The notes under the pieces are model-generated. The model saw nothing but the letters and a program-made list of their open reading frames with translations, did no database searches and was not told the origin of the DNA. From the NCBI GenBank assembly GCA_964016885.1, contig OZ024743.1, positions 131,688,001-131,752,000 on the forward strand: DNA of 64,000 bases. Direction: 5' to 3'. The position numbers were made by a program, and so were the translations under genes. Origin of the DNA: Eledone cirrhosa. Taxonomy: Eukaryota. Positions 49,738 through 62,200 of the stretch are shown here, piece after piece (the stretch's first letter is position 1; every line of letters begins with the position of its first letter).

Positions 49738-52700
49738 GGTGCTTGGTGTTTTGTGTTTGGTGTTTGGTGCTTGGTGTATGTACTTGGTGCTTGGTTCTTG
49801 GTGTTTGGTGCTTGGTTCTTGGTATTTGGTGATTGGTGCTTGGGGCTTGGCGTTTGGTGCTTGGTGCTTGGTGTTTGGTTTTTGATGCTTGGTGTTTGAT
49901 GCTTGGTGCTTGGTGCTTGGTGTTAAGTGTTTGGGGCTTGGTGCTTGTTGCATGGTGCTTGGTGTTTGGTGCTTGGTGCCTGGTGCTTGGTGTTTGGTGC
50001 TTGGTGCTTGGTGCTTGGTGTTTGGTGCTTGGTATTTGGTGCTTGGTGCTTGGTGTTTGGCGCTTGGTGTTTGGTGCTTGGTGTTCGGTGCTTGGTGCTT
50101 GGTGTTTGGTGCTTGGTGTTAGGTGATTGGTGGTTGGTGCTTGGTGTTTTATGTTTGATCCTTGGTGCTTGGTGTTTGGTGCTTGGTGCTTGGTGTTTGG
50201 TGTTTGGTGCTTGGTGCCTGGTGCTTGTTGTATGCTGTTTGGTGCTTGGTGCTTGGTGTTTGGTGTTTGCTGCTTGTTGTCTGGTGTTTGGTGCTTGGTG
50301 TTTGGTGTTTGGTGCTTGGTGCTTGGTGCTTGGTATTTGGTGTTTGGTGCTTGGTGCTTGGTGTTTGTTGTTTGGTGCTGGGTGCTTGGAGTTTGGTTCT
50401 TGGTGCTTGGTGCTTAGTGCTTGGTGTTTGGTGTTTGGTGCTTGGTGTTGGGTGTTTGGTGTTTGATGTTTGGTGTGTGCTGCTTGGTGCTTGGTGCTTG
50501 GTGTTTTTTGTTTGGTGCTTGGGGTTTGCTGTTTGGTGCTTGGTGCTTGGTGTTTGGTGTTTGGTGTTTGGTGCTTGGTGTCTGGTGTTTGGTGTTTGGT
50601 GTTTGGTGCTTGGTGCTTGGTGTTTGGGTTTTGGTGCTTGGTGCTTGGTGTTTGGTGTTTGGTGCTTGGTGTTTGGTGCTTGGTGTTTGGTGCGGAGTGC
50701 TTGGTGTTTTGTGCTTGGTGCGTGGTGCTTGGTGTTTGGTGTTTGGCGCTTGGTGCTTGGTGTTTGGTGTTTGATGCTTGGTGTTTGATGCTTGTTGCTT
50801 GGTGCTTGGTGTTTTGTGTTTGGTGTTTCGTGCTTGGTGTATGTACTTGTTGCTTGGTTCTTGGTGTTTGGTGCTTGGTTCTTGGTGTTTGGTGATTGGT
50901 GCTTGGTGCTTGGTGTTTGGTGCTTGGTGCTTGGTGTTTGGTACTTGGTACTTGGTGTTTGGTTTTTGATGCTTGGTGTTTGATGCTTGGTGCTTGGTGC
51001 TTGGTGTTTAAGTGTTTGGGGCTTGGTGCTTGGTGCATGGTGCTTGGTGTTTGGTGCTTGGTGCCTGGTGCTTGGTGTTTGGTGCTTGGTGCTTGGTGCT
51101 TGGTGTTTGGTGCTTGGTATTTGGTGCTTGGTGCTTGGTGTTTGGTGCTTGGTGTTTGGTGCTTGGTGTTCGGTGCTTGGTGCTTGGTGTTTGGTGCTTG
51201 GTGTTAGGTGATTGGTGCTTGGTGCTTGGTGTTTGATGTTTGATCCTTGGTGCTTGGTGTTTGGTGCTTGGAGCTTGGTGTTTGGTGTTTGGTGCTTGTT
51301 GCTTGCTGCTTGGTGTTTGGTGCTTGGTGATTGGTGCTTGGTGTTGGGTACTTGGTGCTTGTTGTTTGGTGTTTGGTGCTAGGTTCTTGGTGCTTGGTGC
51401 TTGGGGTTTGGTGCTTGGTGCTTGGTGTTTGGTGTTTGGTGCTTGGTGCTTGGGGCTTGGTGTTTGGTGCTTTGTGCTTGGTGCTTGGTGTTTGGTGCTT
51501 GGTGCTTGGTGCTTCGTGTTTGGTGTTTGTGGTTTGGTGCTTGGTGTTTGGTGCTTGGTGCTTGGTGCTGGGTGGTTGGTGTCTGGTGCTTGGTGCTTGG
51601 TGTTTGGTGCTTGGTGGTTGGTGCTTGGGGTTTGGTGCTTGGTGCTTGGTGCTTGGTGCTTGGTCTTTGGTGCTTGGTGTTTGGTGTTTGGTGCTTGGTG
51701 CTTGGTGTTTGATGCTTGGTGCTTGGTGATTGGTGTTTGGTGCTTGGTGCTTGGTGCTTGGTGATTAGTGTTTGGTGCTTGGTGCTTGGTGCCTGGTGCT
51801 TGGTGCTTGGTGCTTGTTGTTTGATGCTTGGTGCTTGGTGATTAGTGTTTGGTGCTTGGTGCTTGGGGTTTGGTGTTTGGTGCTTGGGGTTTGGTGTTTG
51901 GTGCTTGGTGCTTGGTGTTTGGTGCATGGTGCTTGGTGTTTGGTGCTTGGTGCTTTGTGTTTGATGCTTGGTGTTTGGTGCTTGGTGCTTGATGCTTGGT
52001 GCTTGGTGTTAGGTGTTTGGTGCTTGGTGCTTGGTGTTTGATGTTTGGTCCTTGGTGCTTGGTGTTTGGTGTTTGGTGCTTGGTGCTAGGTGTTTTGTGA
52101 GTGGTGCTTGCTGCTTGGTGCTTGGTGTTTTGTGTTAGGAGTTTGGTGCTTGATGTTTGGTGCTTCGGTCTTGGTGCTTGGTGTTTGGTGTTTGGTGTTT
52201 GGTGTATGGTGCTTGGTGCTTGGTGTTTGGTGCTTCGTGCTTGGTGCTTGGTGTTTGGTGCATGGTGCTTTGTGTTTGCTGCTAGGTGCTTGGTGCTTGG
52301 TGTTAGGCGTTTGGTGCTTGGTGCTTGGTGTTTGATGTTTGGTCCTTGGTGCTTGGTGTTTGGTATTTGGTGCTTGGTGCTTGGTGTTTGGTGTTTGGTG
52401 CTTGCTGCTTGCTGCTTGGTGTTTGGTGCTTGGTGATTGGTGCTTGGTGTTTTGTGCTTGGTGCTTGGTGTTTGGTGTTTGGTGCTAGGGACTTGGTGCT
52501 TGGTGCTTGGTGTTTGGTGCTTGGTGCTTGGTGTTTGGTGTTTGGTGCTTGGTGCGTGGGACTTGGTGTTTGGTGCTTGGTGTTTGGTGCTTGGTGTTTG
52601 GTGCTTGGTGCTTGGTACTTGGTGTTTGGTGTTTGGTGCTTGGTATTTGGTGATTGGTGCTTGGTGCTTGGTGTTTAGTGCTTGGTGCTTGGTGTTTGGT

Positions 52701-55700
52701 ACTTGGTGCTTGGTGTTTGGTCTTTGGTGCTTGGTGTTTGGTGCTTGGTGCTTGGTGCTTGGTGTTAAGTGTTTGGGGCTTGGTGCTTGGTGCATGGTGC
52801 TTGGTGTTTGGTGCTTGGTGCCTGGTGCTTGGTGTTTGTTGCTTGGTGCTTGGTGCTTTGTGTTTGGTGCTTGGTGTTTGGTGCTTGGTGCTTGGTGTTT
52901 GGTGCTTGGTTTTTGGTGCTTGGTGTTCGGTGCTTGGTGCTTGGTGCTTGGTGCTTGGTGTTAGGTGTTTGGTGCTTGGTGCTTGGTGTTTGATGTTTGG
53001 TCCTTGGTGCTTGGTGTTTGGTGCTTGGTGCTTGGTGTTTGGTGTTTGGTGCTTTGTGCTTGGTGTTTGGTGCTGGGTGTATGGTGTTTGGTGCTTGGTG
53101 CTTGGTGCTTGGTGTTTGGTGTTTGGTGCTTGGTACTTGGTGTTTGGTGTTTGATGCTTGGTGTTTGATGCTTGTTGCTTGGTGCTTGGTGTTTTGTGTT
53201 TGGTGTTTGGTGCTTGGTGTATGTACTTGGTGCTTGGTGATTGGTGTTTGGTGCTTGGTTCTTGGTTTTTGGTGCTTGGTGCTTGGTGCTTGGTGTTTGG
53301 TGCTTGGTGCTTGGTGTTTGGTGCTTGGTGTTTGGTGTTTGGTGCTTGGTGTTTGGTACTTGGTGCTTGGTGCTTGGTGTTAAGTGTTTGGTGCTTGGTG
53401 CTTGGTGTTTGGTGCTTGGTGCTTGGTGCTTGGTGTTTGGTGAATGGTGCTTGGTGTTTTGTGTTTGGTGTTTGGTGCTTGGTGTATGTACTTGGTGCTT
53501 GGTTCTTGGTGTTTGGTGCTTGGTTCTTGGTATTTGGTGATTGGTGCTTGGGGCTTGGCGTTTGGTGCTTGGTGCTTGGTGTTTGGTTTTTGATGCTTGG
53601 TGTTTGATGCTTGGTGCTTGGTGCTTGGTGTTAAGTGTTTGGGGCTTGGTGCTTGTTGCATGGTGCTTGGTGTTTGGTGCTTGGTGCCTGGTGCTTGGTG
53701 TTTGGTGCTTGGTGCTTGGTGCTTGGTGTTTGGTGCTTGGTATTTGGTGCTTGGTGCTTGGTGTTTGGCGCTTGGTGTTTGGTGCTTGGTGTTCGGTGCT
53801 TGGTGCTTGGTGTTTGGTGCTTGGTGTTAGGTGATTGGTGGTTGGTGCTTGGTGTTTTATGTTTGATCCTTGGTGCTTGGTGTTTGGTGCTTGGTGCTTG
53901 GTGTTTGGTGTTTGGTGCTTGGTGCCTGGTGCTTGTTGTATGCTGTTTGGTGCTTGGTGCTTGGTGTTTGGTGTTTGCTGCTTGTTGTCTGGTGTTTGGT
54001 GCTTGGTGTTTGGTGTTTGGTGCTTGGTGCTTGGTGCTTGGTATTTGGTGTTTGGTGCTTGGTGCTTGGTGTTTGTTGTTTGGTGCTGGGTGCTTGGAGT
54101 TTGGTTCTTGGTGCTTGGTGCTTAGTGCTTGGTGTTTGGTGTTTGGTGCTTGGTGTTGGGTGTTTGGTGTTTGATGTTTGGTGTGTGCTGCTTGGTGCTT
54201 GGTGCTTGGTGTTTTTTGTTTGGTGCTTGGGGTTTGCTGTTTGGTGCTTGGTGCTTGGTGTTTGGTGTTTGGTGTTTGGTGCTTGGTGTCTGGTGTTTGG
54301 TGTTTGGTGTTTGGTGCTTGGTGCTTGGTGTTTGGGTTTTGGTGCTTGGTGCTTGGTGTTTGGTGTTTGGTGCTTGGTGTTTGGTGCTTGGTGTTTGGTG
54401 CGGAGTGCTTGGTGTTTTGTGCTTGGTGCGTGGTGCTTGGTGTTTGGTGTTTGGCGCTTGGTGCTTGGTGTTTGGTGTTTGATGCTTGGTGTTTGATGCT
54501 TGTTGCTTGGTGCTTGGTGTTTTGTGTTTGGTGTTTCGTGCTTGGTGTATGTACTTGTTGCTTGGTTCTTGGTGTTTGGTGCTTGGTTCTTGGTGTTTGG
54601 TGATTGGTGCTTGGTGCTTGGTGTTTGGTGCTTGGTGCTTGGTGTTTGGTACTTGGTACTTGGTGTTTGGTTTTTGATGCTTGGTGTTTGATGCTTGGTG
54701 CTTGGTGCTTGGTGTTTAAGTGTTTGGGGCTTGGTGCTTGGTGCATGGTGCTTGGTGTTTGGTGCTTGGTGCCTGGTGCTTGGTGTTTGGTGCTTGGTGC
54801 TTGGTGCTTGGTGTTTGGTGCTTGGTATTTGGTGCTTGGTGCTTGGTGTTTGGTGCTTGGTGTTTGGTGCTTGGTGTTCGGTGCTTGGTGCTTGGTGTTT
54901 GGTGCTTGGTGTTAGGTGATTGGTGCTTGGTGCTTGGTGTTTGATGTTTGATCCTTGGTGCTTGGTGTTTGGTGCTTGGAGCTTGGTGTTTGGTGTTTGG
55001 TGCTTGTTGCTTGCTGCTTGGTGTTTGGTGCTTGGTGATTGGTGCTTGGTGTTGGGTACTTGGTGCTTGTTGTTTGGTGTTTGGTGCTAGGTTCTTGGTG
55101 CTTGGTGCTTGGGGTTTGGTGCTTGGTGCTTGGTGTTTGGTGTTTGGTGCTTGGTGCTTGGGGCTTGGTGTTTGGTGCTTTGTGCTTGGTGCTTGGTGTT
55201 TGGTGCTTGGTGCTTGGTGCTTCGTGTTTGGTGTTTGTGGTTTGGTGCTTGGTGTTTGGTGCTTGGTGCTTGGTGCTGGGTGGTTGGTGTTTGGTGCTTG
55301 GTGCTTGGTGTTTGGTGCTTGGTGGTTGGTGCTTGGGGTTTGGTGCTTGGTGCTTGGTGCTTGGTGCTTGGTCTTTGGTGCTTGGTGTTTGGTGTTTGGT
55401 GCTTGGTGCTTGGTGTTTGATGCTTGGTGCTTGGTGATTGGTGTTTGGTGCTTGGTGCTTGGTGCTTGGTGATTAGTGTTTGGTGCTTGGTGCTTGGTGC
55501 CTGGTGCTTGGTGCTTGGTGCTTGTTGTTTGATGCTTGGTGCTTGGTGATTAGTGTTTGGTGCTTGGTGCTTGGGGTTTGGTGTTTGGTGCTTGGGGTTT
55601 GGTGTTTGGTGCTTGGTGCTTGGTGTTTGGTGCATGGTGCTTGGTGTTTGGTGCTTGGTGCTTTGTGTTTGATGCTTGGTGTTTGGTGCTTGGTGCTTGA

Positions 55701-57167
55701 TGCTTGGTGCTTGGTGTTAGGTGTTTGGTGCTTGGTGCTTGGTGTTTGATGTTTGGTCCTTGGTGCTTGGTGTTTGGTGTTTGGTGCTTGGTGCTAGGTG
55801 TTTTGTGAGTGGTGCTTGCTGCTTGGTGCTTGGTGTTTTGTGTTAGGAGTTTGGTGCTTGATGTTTGGTGCTTCGGTCTTGGTGCTTGGTGTTTGGTGTT
55901 TGGTGTTTGGTGTATGGTGCTTGGTGCTTGGTGTTTGGTGCTTCGTGCTTGGTGCTTGGTGTTTGGTGCATGGTGCTTTGTGTTTGCTGCTAGGTGCTTG
56001 GTGCTTGGTGTTAGGCGTTTGGTGCTTGGTGCTTGGTGTTTGATGTTTGGTCCTTGGTGCTTGGTGTTTGGTATTTGGTGCTTGGTGCTTGGTGTTTGGT
56101 GTTTGGTGCTTGCTGCTTGCTGCTTGGTGTTTGGTGCTTGGTGATTGGTGCTTGGTGTTTTGTGCTTGGTGCTTGGTGTTTGGTGTTTGGTGCTAGGGAC
56201 TTGGTGCTTGGTGCTTGGTGTTTGGTGCTTGGTGCTTGGTGTTTGGTGTTTGGTGCTTGGTGCGTGGGACTTGGTGTTTGGTGCTTGGTGTTTGGTGCTT
56301 GGTGTTTGGTGCTTGGTGCTTGGTACTTGGTGTTTGGTGTTTGGTGCTTGGTATTTGGTGATTGGTGCTTGGTGCTTGGTGTTTAGTGCTTGGTGCTTGG
56401 TGTTTGGTACTTGGTGCTTGGTGTTTGGTCTTTGGTGCTTGGTGTTTGGTGCTTGGTGCTTGGTGCTTGGTGTTAAGTGTTTGGGGCTTGGTGCTTGGTG
56501 CATGGTGCTTGGTGTTTGGTGCTTGGTGCCTGGTGCTTGGTGTTTGTTGCTTGGTGCTTGGTGCTTTGTGTTTGGTGCTTGGTGTTTGGTGCTTGGTGCT
56601 TGGTGTTTGGTGCTTGGTTTTTGGTGCTTGGTGTTCGGTGCTTGGTGCTTGGTGCTTGGTGCTTGGTGTTAGGTGTTTGGTGCTTGGTGCTTGGTGTTTG
56701 ATGTTTGGTCCTTGGTGCTTGGTGTTTGGTGCTTGGTGCTTGGTGTTTGGTGTTTGGTGCTTTGTGCTTGGTGTTTGGTGCTGGGTGTATGGTGTTTGGT
56801 GCTTGGTGCTTGGTGCTTGGTGTTTGGTGTTTGGTGCTTGGTACTTGGTGTTTGGTGTTTGATGCTTGGTGTTTGATGCTTGTTGCTTGGTGCTTGGTGT
56901 TTTGTGTTTGGTGTTTGGTGCTTGGTGTATGTACTTGGTGCTTGGTGATTGGTGTTTGGTGCTTGGTTCTTGGTTTTTGGTGCTTGGTGCTTGGTGCTTG
57001 GTGTTTGGTGCTTGGTGCTTGGTGTTTGGTGCTTGGTGTTTGGTGTTTGGTGCTTGGTGTTTGGTACTTGGTGCTTGGTGCTTGGTGTTAAGTGTTTGGT
57101 GCTTGGTGCTTGGTGTTTGGTGCTTGGTGCTTGGTGCTTGGTGTTTGGTGAATGGTGCTTGGTGTTT
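49738..57167 (+). repeat. Near-identical tandem duplication, period 3708 bp
   Basis: ORF pairs 49833/53541, 49923/53631, 51240/54948 and 53158/56866; private variants gtgagtgg, gctagggac, ggtgaatgg and ggagcttgg occur in both copies. One substitution was noticed (ctggtgc at about 51583 vs ttggtgc at about 55291). Confidence 0.95.
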
Positions 57168-59849
57168 GGGGCTTGGTGCCTGGTGCTTTGTGTTTGGTGC
57201 TAGGTGCTTGGTGCTTGGTCTTTGGTGTTTGGTGCTTGGTGCTTGGTGCTTGGTGTTTGTTGCTTGGTGCTTGGTGCTTGGTTATTAGTGTTTGGTGCTT
57301 GGTGCTTGGGGTTTGGTGTTTGGTGCTTGGTGCTTGGTGTTTGGTGTTTGCTGTATGGTGTTTGCTGTTTCGTGTTTGGTGTTTGCTGTTTGGTGTTTAA
57401 TGCTTGGTGCTTGGTGCTTGGTGTTTGGTGCTTGGTGCTTGGTGCTTGGTGTTTGGCGTTTGCTCTTTGCTGTTTGGTGTTTGGTGCTTGTTGTTTGGTG
57501 TTTGGTGTTTGGTGTTTGGTGTTTGGTGCTTGCTGTTTGGTGCTTGGTGCTTGGTGTTTGGTGTTTGGTGTTTGGTGCTTGGTGCTTGGTGGTTGGTGCT
57601 TGGTGCTGGGTGTTTGGTGCTAGGTGCTTGGTGTTTGGTGCTTGGTGCTTGGTGCTTGGTGCTTGGTCTTTGGTGCTTGGTGTTTGGTGTTTGGTGCTTG
57701 GTGCTTGGTGTTTGGTGCTTGGGGCTTGGTGTTTGGTGCTTGGTGATTGCTGCTTGGTGTTTGGTGTTTGGTGTTTGGTGCTTGGTGCTTGGTGATTAGT
57801 GTTTAGTGCTTGGTGCTTGGTGCCTGGTGCTTGGTGCTTGTTGTTTGGTGCTTGGTGCTTGGTGATTAGTGTTTGGTGCTTGGTGCTTGGGGCTTGGTGT
57901 TTGGTGCTTGGTGCTTGCTGTTTGGTGGTTGCTGTTTAGTGCTTGGTGTTTGGTGCTTGGTGCTTGGTGCTGGGTGGTTGGTGTTTGGTGCTTGGTGCTT
58001 GGTGTTTGGTGCTTGGTGCTTGGTGCTTGTTGTTTGGTGCTTGGTGCTTGGTCTTTGGTGCTTGGTGTTTGGTGTTTGGTGCTTGGTGCTTGGTGCTTGG
58101 TTTTTGGTGCTTGGTGCTTGGTGCTTGGTGTTTGGTGCTTGGTGCTTGGTGCTTGTTGTTTGGTGCTTGGTGCTTGGTCTTTGGTGCTTGGTGTTTGGTG
58201 TTTGGTGCTTGGTGCTTCGTGTTTGGTGCTTAGTGCCTGGTGCTTGGTGTTTGGTGCTTGGTGCTTGGTGTTTGCTGATTGGTGCTTGGTGCTTGGTGCT
58301 TGGTGCTTAGTGCTTGGTGTTTGGTGTTTGGTGCTTGGTGTTTGGTGTTTGGTGTTTGATGCTTGGTTTTTGCTGCTTGGTGCTTGGTGCTTGGTGCTTG
58401 GTGTTCTGTGTTTGGTGCTTGGTGCTTGGTGCCTGGTGCTTGGTGCTTGGTGCTTGTTGTTTGGTGCTTGGTGCTTGGTGATTAGTCTTTGGTGCTTGGT
58501 GCTTGGTGTTTGGTGTTTGGTGTTTCGTGCTTGGTGCTTGGTGTTTGGTGTTTGGTGCTTGGTGTTTGGTGCTTGGTGCTTTGAGCTTGGTGTTTGGTGC
58601 TGGGTGTATGGTGTTTGGTGCTTGGTGCTTGGTGCTTGGTGTTTGGTGTTTGGTGCTTGGTACTTGGTGTTTGGTGTTTGATGCTTGGTGTTTGATGCTT
58701 GTTGCTTGGTGCTTGGTGTTTTGTGTTTGGTGTTTGGTGCTTGGTGTATGTACTTGGTGCTTGGTGCTTGGTGTTTGGTGCTTGGTGTTTGGTGTTTGGT
58801 GCTTGGTGTTTGGTACTTGGTGCTTAGTGCTTGGTGTTTGGTGCTTGGTTCTTGGTGTTTGGTGCTTGGTGCTTGGTGCTTGGTGTTTGGTGCTTGGTAC
58901 TTGGTGTTTGGTGCTTGGTGTTTGGTGTTTGGTGCTGGGTGTTTGGTACTTGGTGCTTGGTGCTTGGTGCTTCGTGTTTGGTGCATGGTGCTTGGTGTTT
59001 GGGGCTTGGTGCCTGGTGCTTTCTGTTTGGTGCTAGGTGCTTGGTGCTTGGTCTTTGGTGTTTGGTGCTTGGTGCTTGGTGCTTGGTGTTTGGTGCTTGG
59101 TGCTTGGTGCTTGGTTATTAGTGTTTGGTGCTTGGTGCTTGGGGTTTGGTGTTTGGTGCTTGGTGCTTGGTGTTTGGTGTTTGCTGTATGGTGTTTGCTG
59201 TTTCGTGTTTGGTGTTTGGTGTTTGGTGTTTAATGCTTGGTGCTTGGTGTTTGGTGTTTGGTGTTTGGTGCTTGGTGCTTGGTGTTTGGTGCTTGGTGCT
59301 TGGTGCTGGGTGTTTGGTGCTTGGTGCTTGGTGTTTGGTGCTTGGTGCTTGATGCTTGGTGCTTGGTGTTTGGTCCTTGGTGGTTGGTGCTTGGTCTTTG
59401 GTGCTTGGGGTTTGGTGTTTGGTGCTTGGTGCTTGGTGTTTGGTGCTTGGTGCTTGGTGCTTGGTGTTTGGTGTTTGGTGCTTGCTGCTTGGTGCTTGGT
59501 GTTTGGTGCTTGGTGCTTGGTGATTAGTGTTTGGTGCATGGTGCTTGGTGTTTGTTGTTTGGTGCTTGGTGCTTGGTGTTTGGTGCTTGGTGCTTGCTGT
59601 TTGGTGTTTGGTGTTTGGTGCTTGGTGCTTGGTGTTTGGTGTTTGGTGTTTGGTGTTTGGTGTCTGGTGCTTGGTGCTTGGTGTTTGGTGCTTGGTGTTT
59701 GGTGCTTGGTGTATGTACTTGGTGCTTGGTGCTTGGTGTTTGGTGCTTGGTTCTTGGTGTTTGGTGCTTGGTGCTTTGTACTTGGTGTTTGGTGCTTGGT
59801 GCTTGGTCTTTGGTGCTTGGTGTTTGGTGTTTGGTGCTTGGTGCTTGGT

Positions 59850-62200
59850 GTTTGGTGCTTGGTGCCTGGTGCTTGGTGTTTGGTGCTTGGTGCTTGGTGT
59901 TTGGTGATTGGTGCTTGGTGCTTGGTGCTTAGTGCTTGGTGTTTGGTGTTTGGTGCTTGGTGTTTGGTGTTTGATGCTTGGTGCTTGGTGCTTGGTGCTT
60001 GGTGCATGGTGTTCTGTGTTTGGTGCTTGGTGCTTGGTGCTTGTTGTTTGGTGCTTGGTGCTTGGTGATTAGTCTTTGGTGCTTGGTGCTTGGTATTTGG
60101 TGTTTGGTGTTTCGTGCTTGGTGTCTAGTGTTTGGGTTTTGGTGTTTGGTGCTTGGTGCTTAGTGTTTGGTGTTTGGTGCTTGGTGCTTGGTGTTTGGTG
60201 TTTGGTGCTTGGTGTTTGGTGCTTGGTGCTTTGTGCTTAGTGTTTGGTGCTGGGTGTATGGTGTTTGGTGCTTGGTGCTTGGTGCTTGGTGTTTGTTGTT
60301 TGGTGCTTGGTACTTGGTGTTTGGTGTTTGATGCTTGGTGTTTGATGCTTGTTGCTTGGTGCTTGGTGTTTTGTGTTTGGTGTTTGGTGCTTGGTGTATG
60401 TACTTGGTGCTTGGTGCTTGGTGTTTGGTGCTTGGTTCTTGGTGTTTGGTGCTTGGTGCTTGGTGCTTGGTGTTTAGTGCTTGGTGCTTGGTGTTTGGTG
60501 CTTGGTGTTTGGTGTTTGGTGCTTGGTGTTTGGTACTTGGTGCTTGGTGCTTGGTGTTAAGTGTTTGGTGCTTTGTGCTTGGTGTTTGGTGCTTCGTGCT
60601 TGGTGCTTGGTGTTTGGTGCATGGTGCTTGGTGTTTGGGGCTTGGTGCCTGGTGCTTTGTGTTTGGTGCTAGGTGCTTGGTGCTTGGTCTTTGGTGTTTG
60701 GTGCTTAGTACTTGGTGCTTGGTGTTTGGTGCTTGGTGCTTGGTGCTTGGTTATTAGTGTTTGGTGTTTGGTGCTTGGCGCTTGGTGTTTGGTGCTTGGT
60801 GCTTGGTGCTTGGTGTTTGGTGTTTGGTGCTTGCTGCTTGGTGCTTGGTGTTTGGTGCTTGGTGCTTGGTGCTTGGTGTTTGGTGCTTGGTGTTCGGTGC
60901 TTGGTGCTTGGTGCTTGGTGCTTGGTGTTAGGTGTTTGGTGCTTGGTGCTTGGTGTTTGATGTTTGGTCCTTGGTGCTTGGTGTTTGGTGCTTGGTGCTT
61001 GGTGTTTGGTGTTTGGTGCTTGCTGCTTGGTGCTTGGTGCTTGTTGTTTGGTGCTTGGTGCTTGGTCTTTGGTGCTTGGTGTTTGGTGTTTGGTGCTTGG
61101 TGCTTGGTGCTTGGTTTTTGGTGCATGGTGCTTGGTGCTTGGTGTTTGGTGCTTGGTGCTTGGTGCTTGTTGTTTGGTGCTTGGTGCTTGGTCTTTGGTG
61201 CTTGGTGTTTGGTGTTTGGGGCTTGGTGCTTGGTGTTTGGTGCTTGGTGCCTGGTGCTTGGTGTTTGGTGCTTGGTGCTTGGTGTTTGGTGATTGGTGCT
61301 TGGTGCTTGGTGCTTAGTGCTTGGTGTTTGGTGTTTGGTGCTTGGTGTTTGGTGTTTGATGCTTGGTGCTTGGTGCTTGGTGCTTGGTGCTTGGTGTACT
61401 GTGTTTGGTGCTTGGTGCTTGGTGCTTGTTGTTTGGTGCTTGGTGCTTGGTGATTAGTCTTTGGTGCTTGGTGCATGGTATTTGGTGTTTGGTGTTTCGT
61501 GATTGGGGTCTAGTGTTTGGGTTTTGGTGTTTGGTGCTTGGTGCTTAGTGTTTGGTGTTTGGTGCTTGGTGCTTGGTGTTTGGTGTTTGGTGTTTGGTGC
61601 TTGGTGCTTGGTGCTTTGTGCTTAGTGTTTGGTGCTGGGTGTATGGTGTTTGGTGCTTGGTGCTTGGTGCTTGGTGTTTGTTGTTTGGTGCTTGGTACTT
61701 GGTGTTTGGTGTTTGATGCTTGGTGTTTGATGCTTGTTGCTTGGTGCTTGGTGTTTTGTGTTTGGTGTTTGGTGCTTGGTGTATGTACTTGGTGCTTGGT
61801 GTTTGGTGCTTGGTTCTTGGTGTTTGGTGCTTGGTGCTTGGTGCTTGGTGTTTGGTGCTTGGTGCTTGGTGTTTGGTGTTTGGTGTTTGGTATTTGGTGC
61901 TTGGTGTTTGGTACTTGGTGCTTGGTGCTTGGTGTTAAGTGTTTGGTGCTTGGTGTTTGGTGCTTGGTGCTTGGTGCTTGGTGTTTGGTGCATGGTGCTT
62001 GTTGTTTGGGGCTTGGTGCCTGGTGCTTTGTGTTTGGTGCTAGGTGCTTGGTGCTTGGTCTTTGGTGTTTGGTGCTTGGTACTTGGTGCTTGGTGTTTGG
62101 TGCTTGGTGCTTGGTGCTTGGTTATTAGTGTTTGGTGTTTGGTGCTTGGCGCTTGGTGTTTGGTGCTTGGTGCTTGGTGCTTGGTGTTTGGTGTTTGGTG
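59850..62200 (+). repeat. Tandem duplication, period 1385 bp (diverged); the distal part (about 60880-62200) also matches about 46070-47390 at offset 14808
   Basis: tctagtgtttgggtttt at 60125/61510; ATGTAC at 60398/61783; ORF pairs 46124/60932, 46709/61517 and 46912/61720 (offset 14808). Confidence 0.85.

Larger units (their letters stand above)
17950..57170 (+). repeat. Homogeneous mosaic higher-order repeat domain built from shuffled kb-scale modules
   Basis: A recurrent ordered marker string (tgtatgtac, ggttctt x2, ggtttttgatgc, gttaagtgtttggggc, gcatgg, gttcggtg, gttaggtgattgg, gatcc) starts near 18620, 19788, 23599, 25382, 26816, 27935, 30658, 34148, 35526, 37520, 39997, 41509, 43965, 48386, 49778, 50841, 53486 and 54549. 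ORF-track offsets of 1168, 6762, 7059, 7500-7577 and 8766 agree. Confidence 0.9.
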
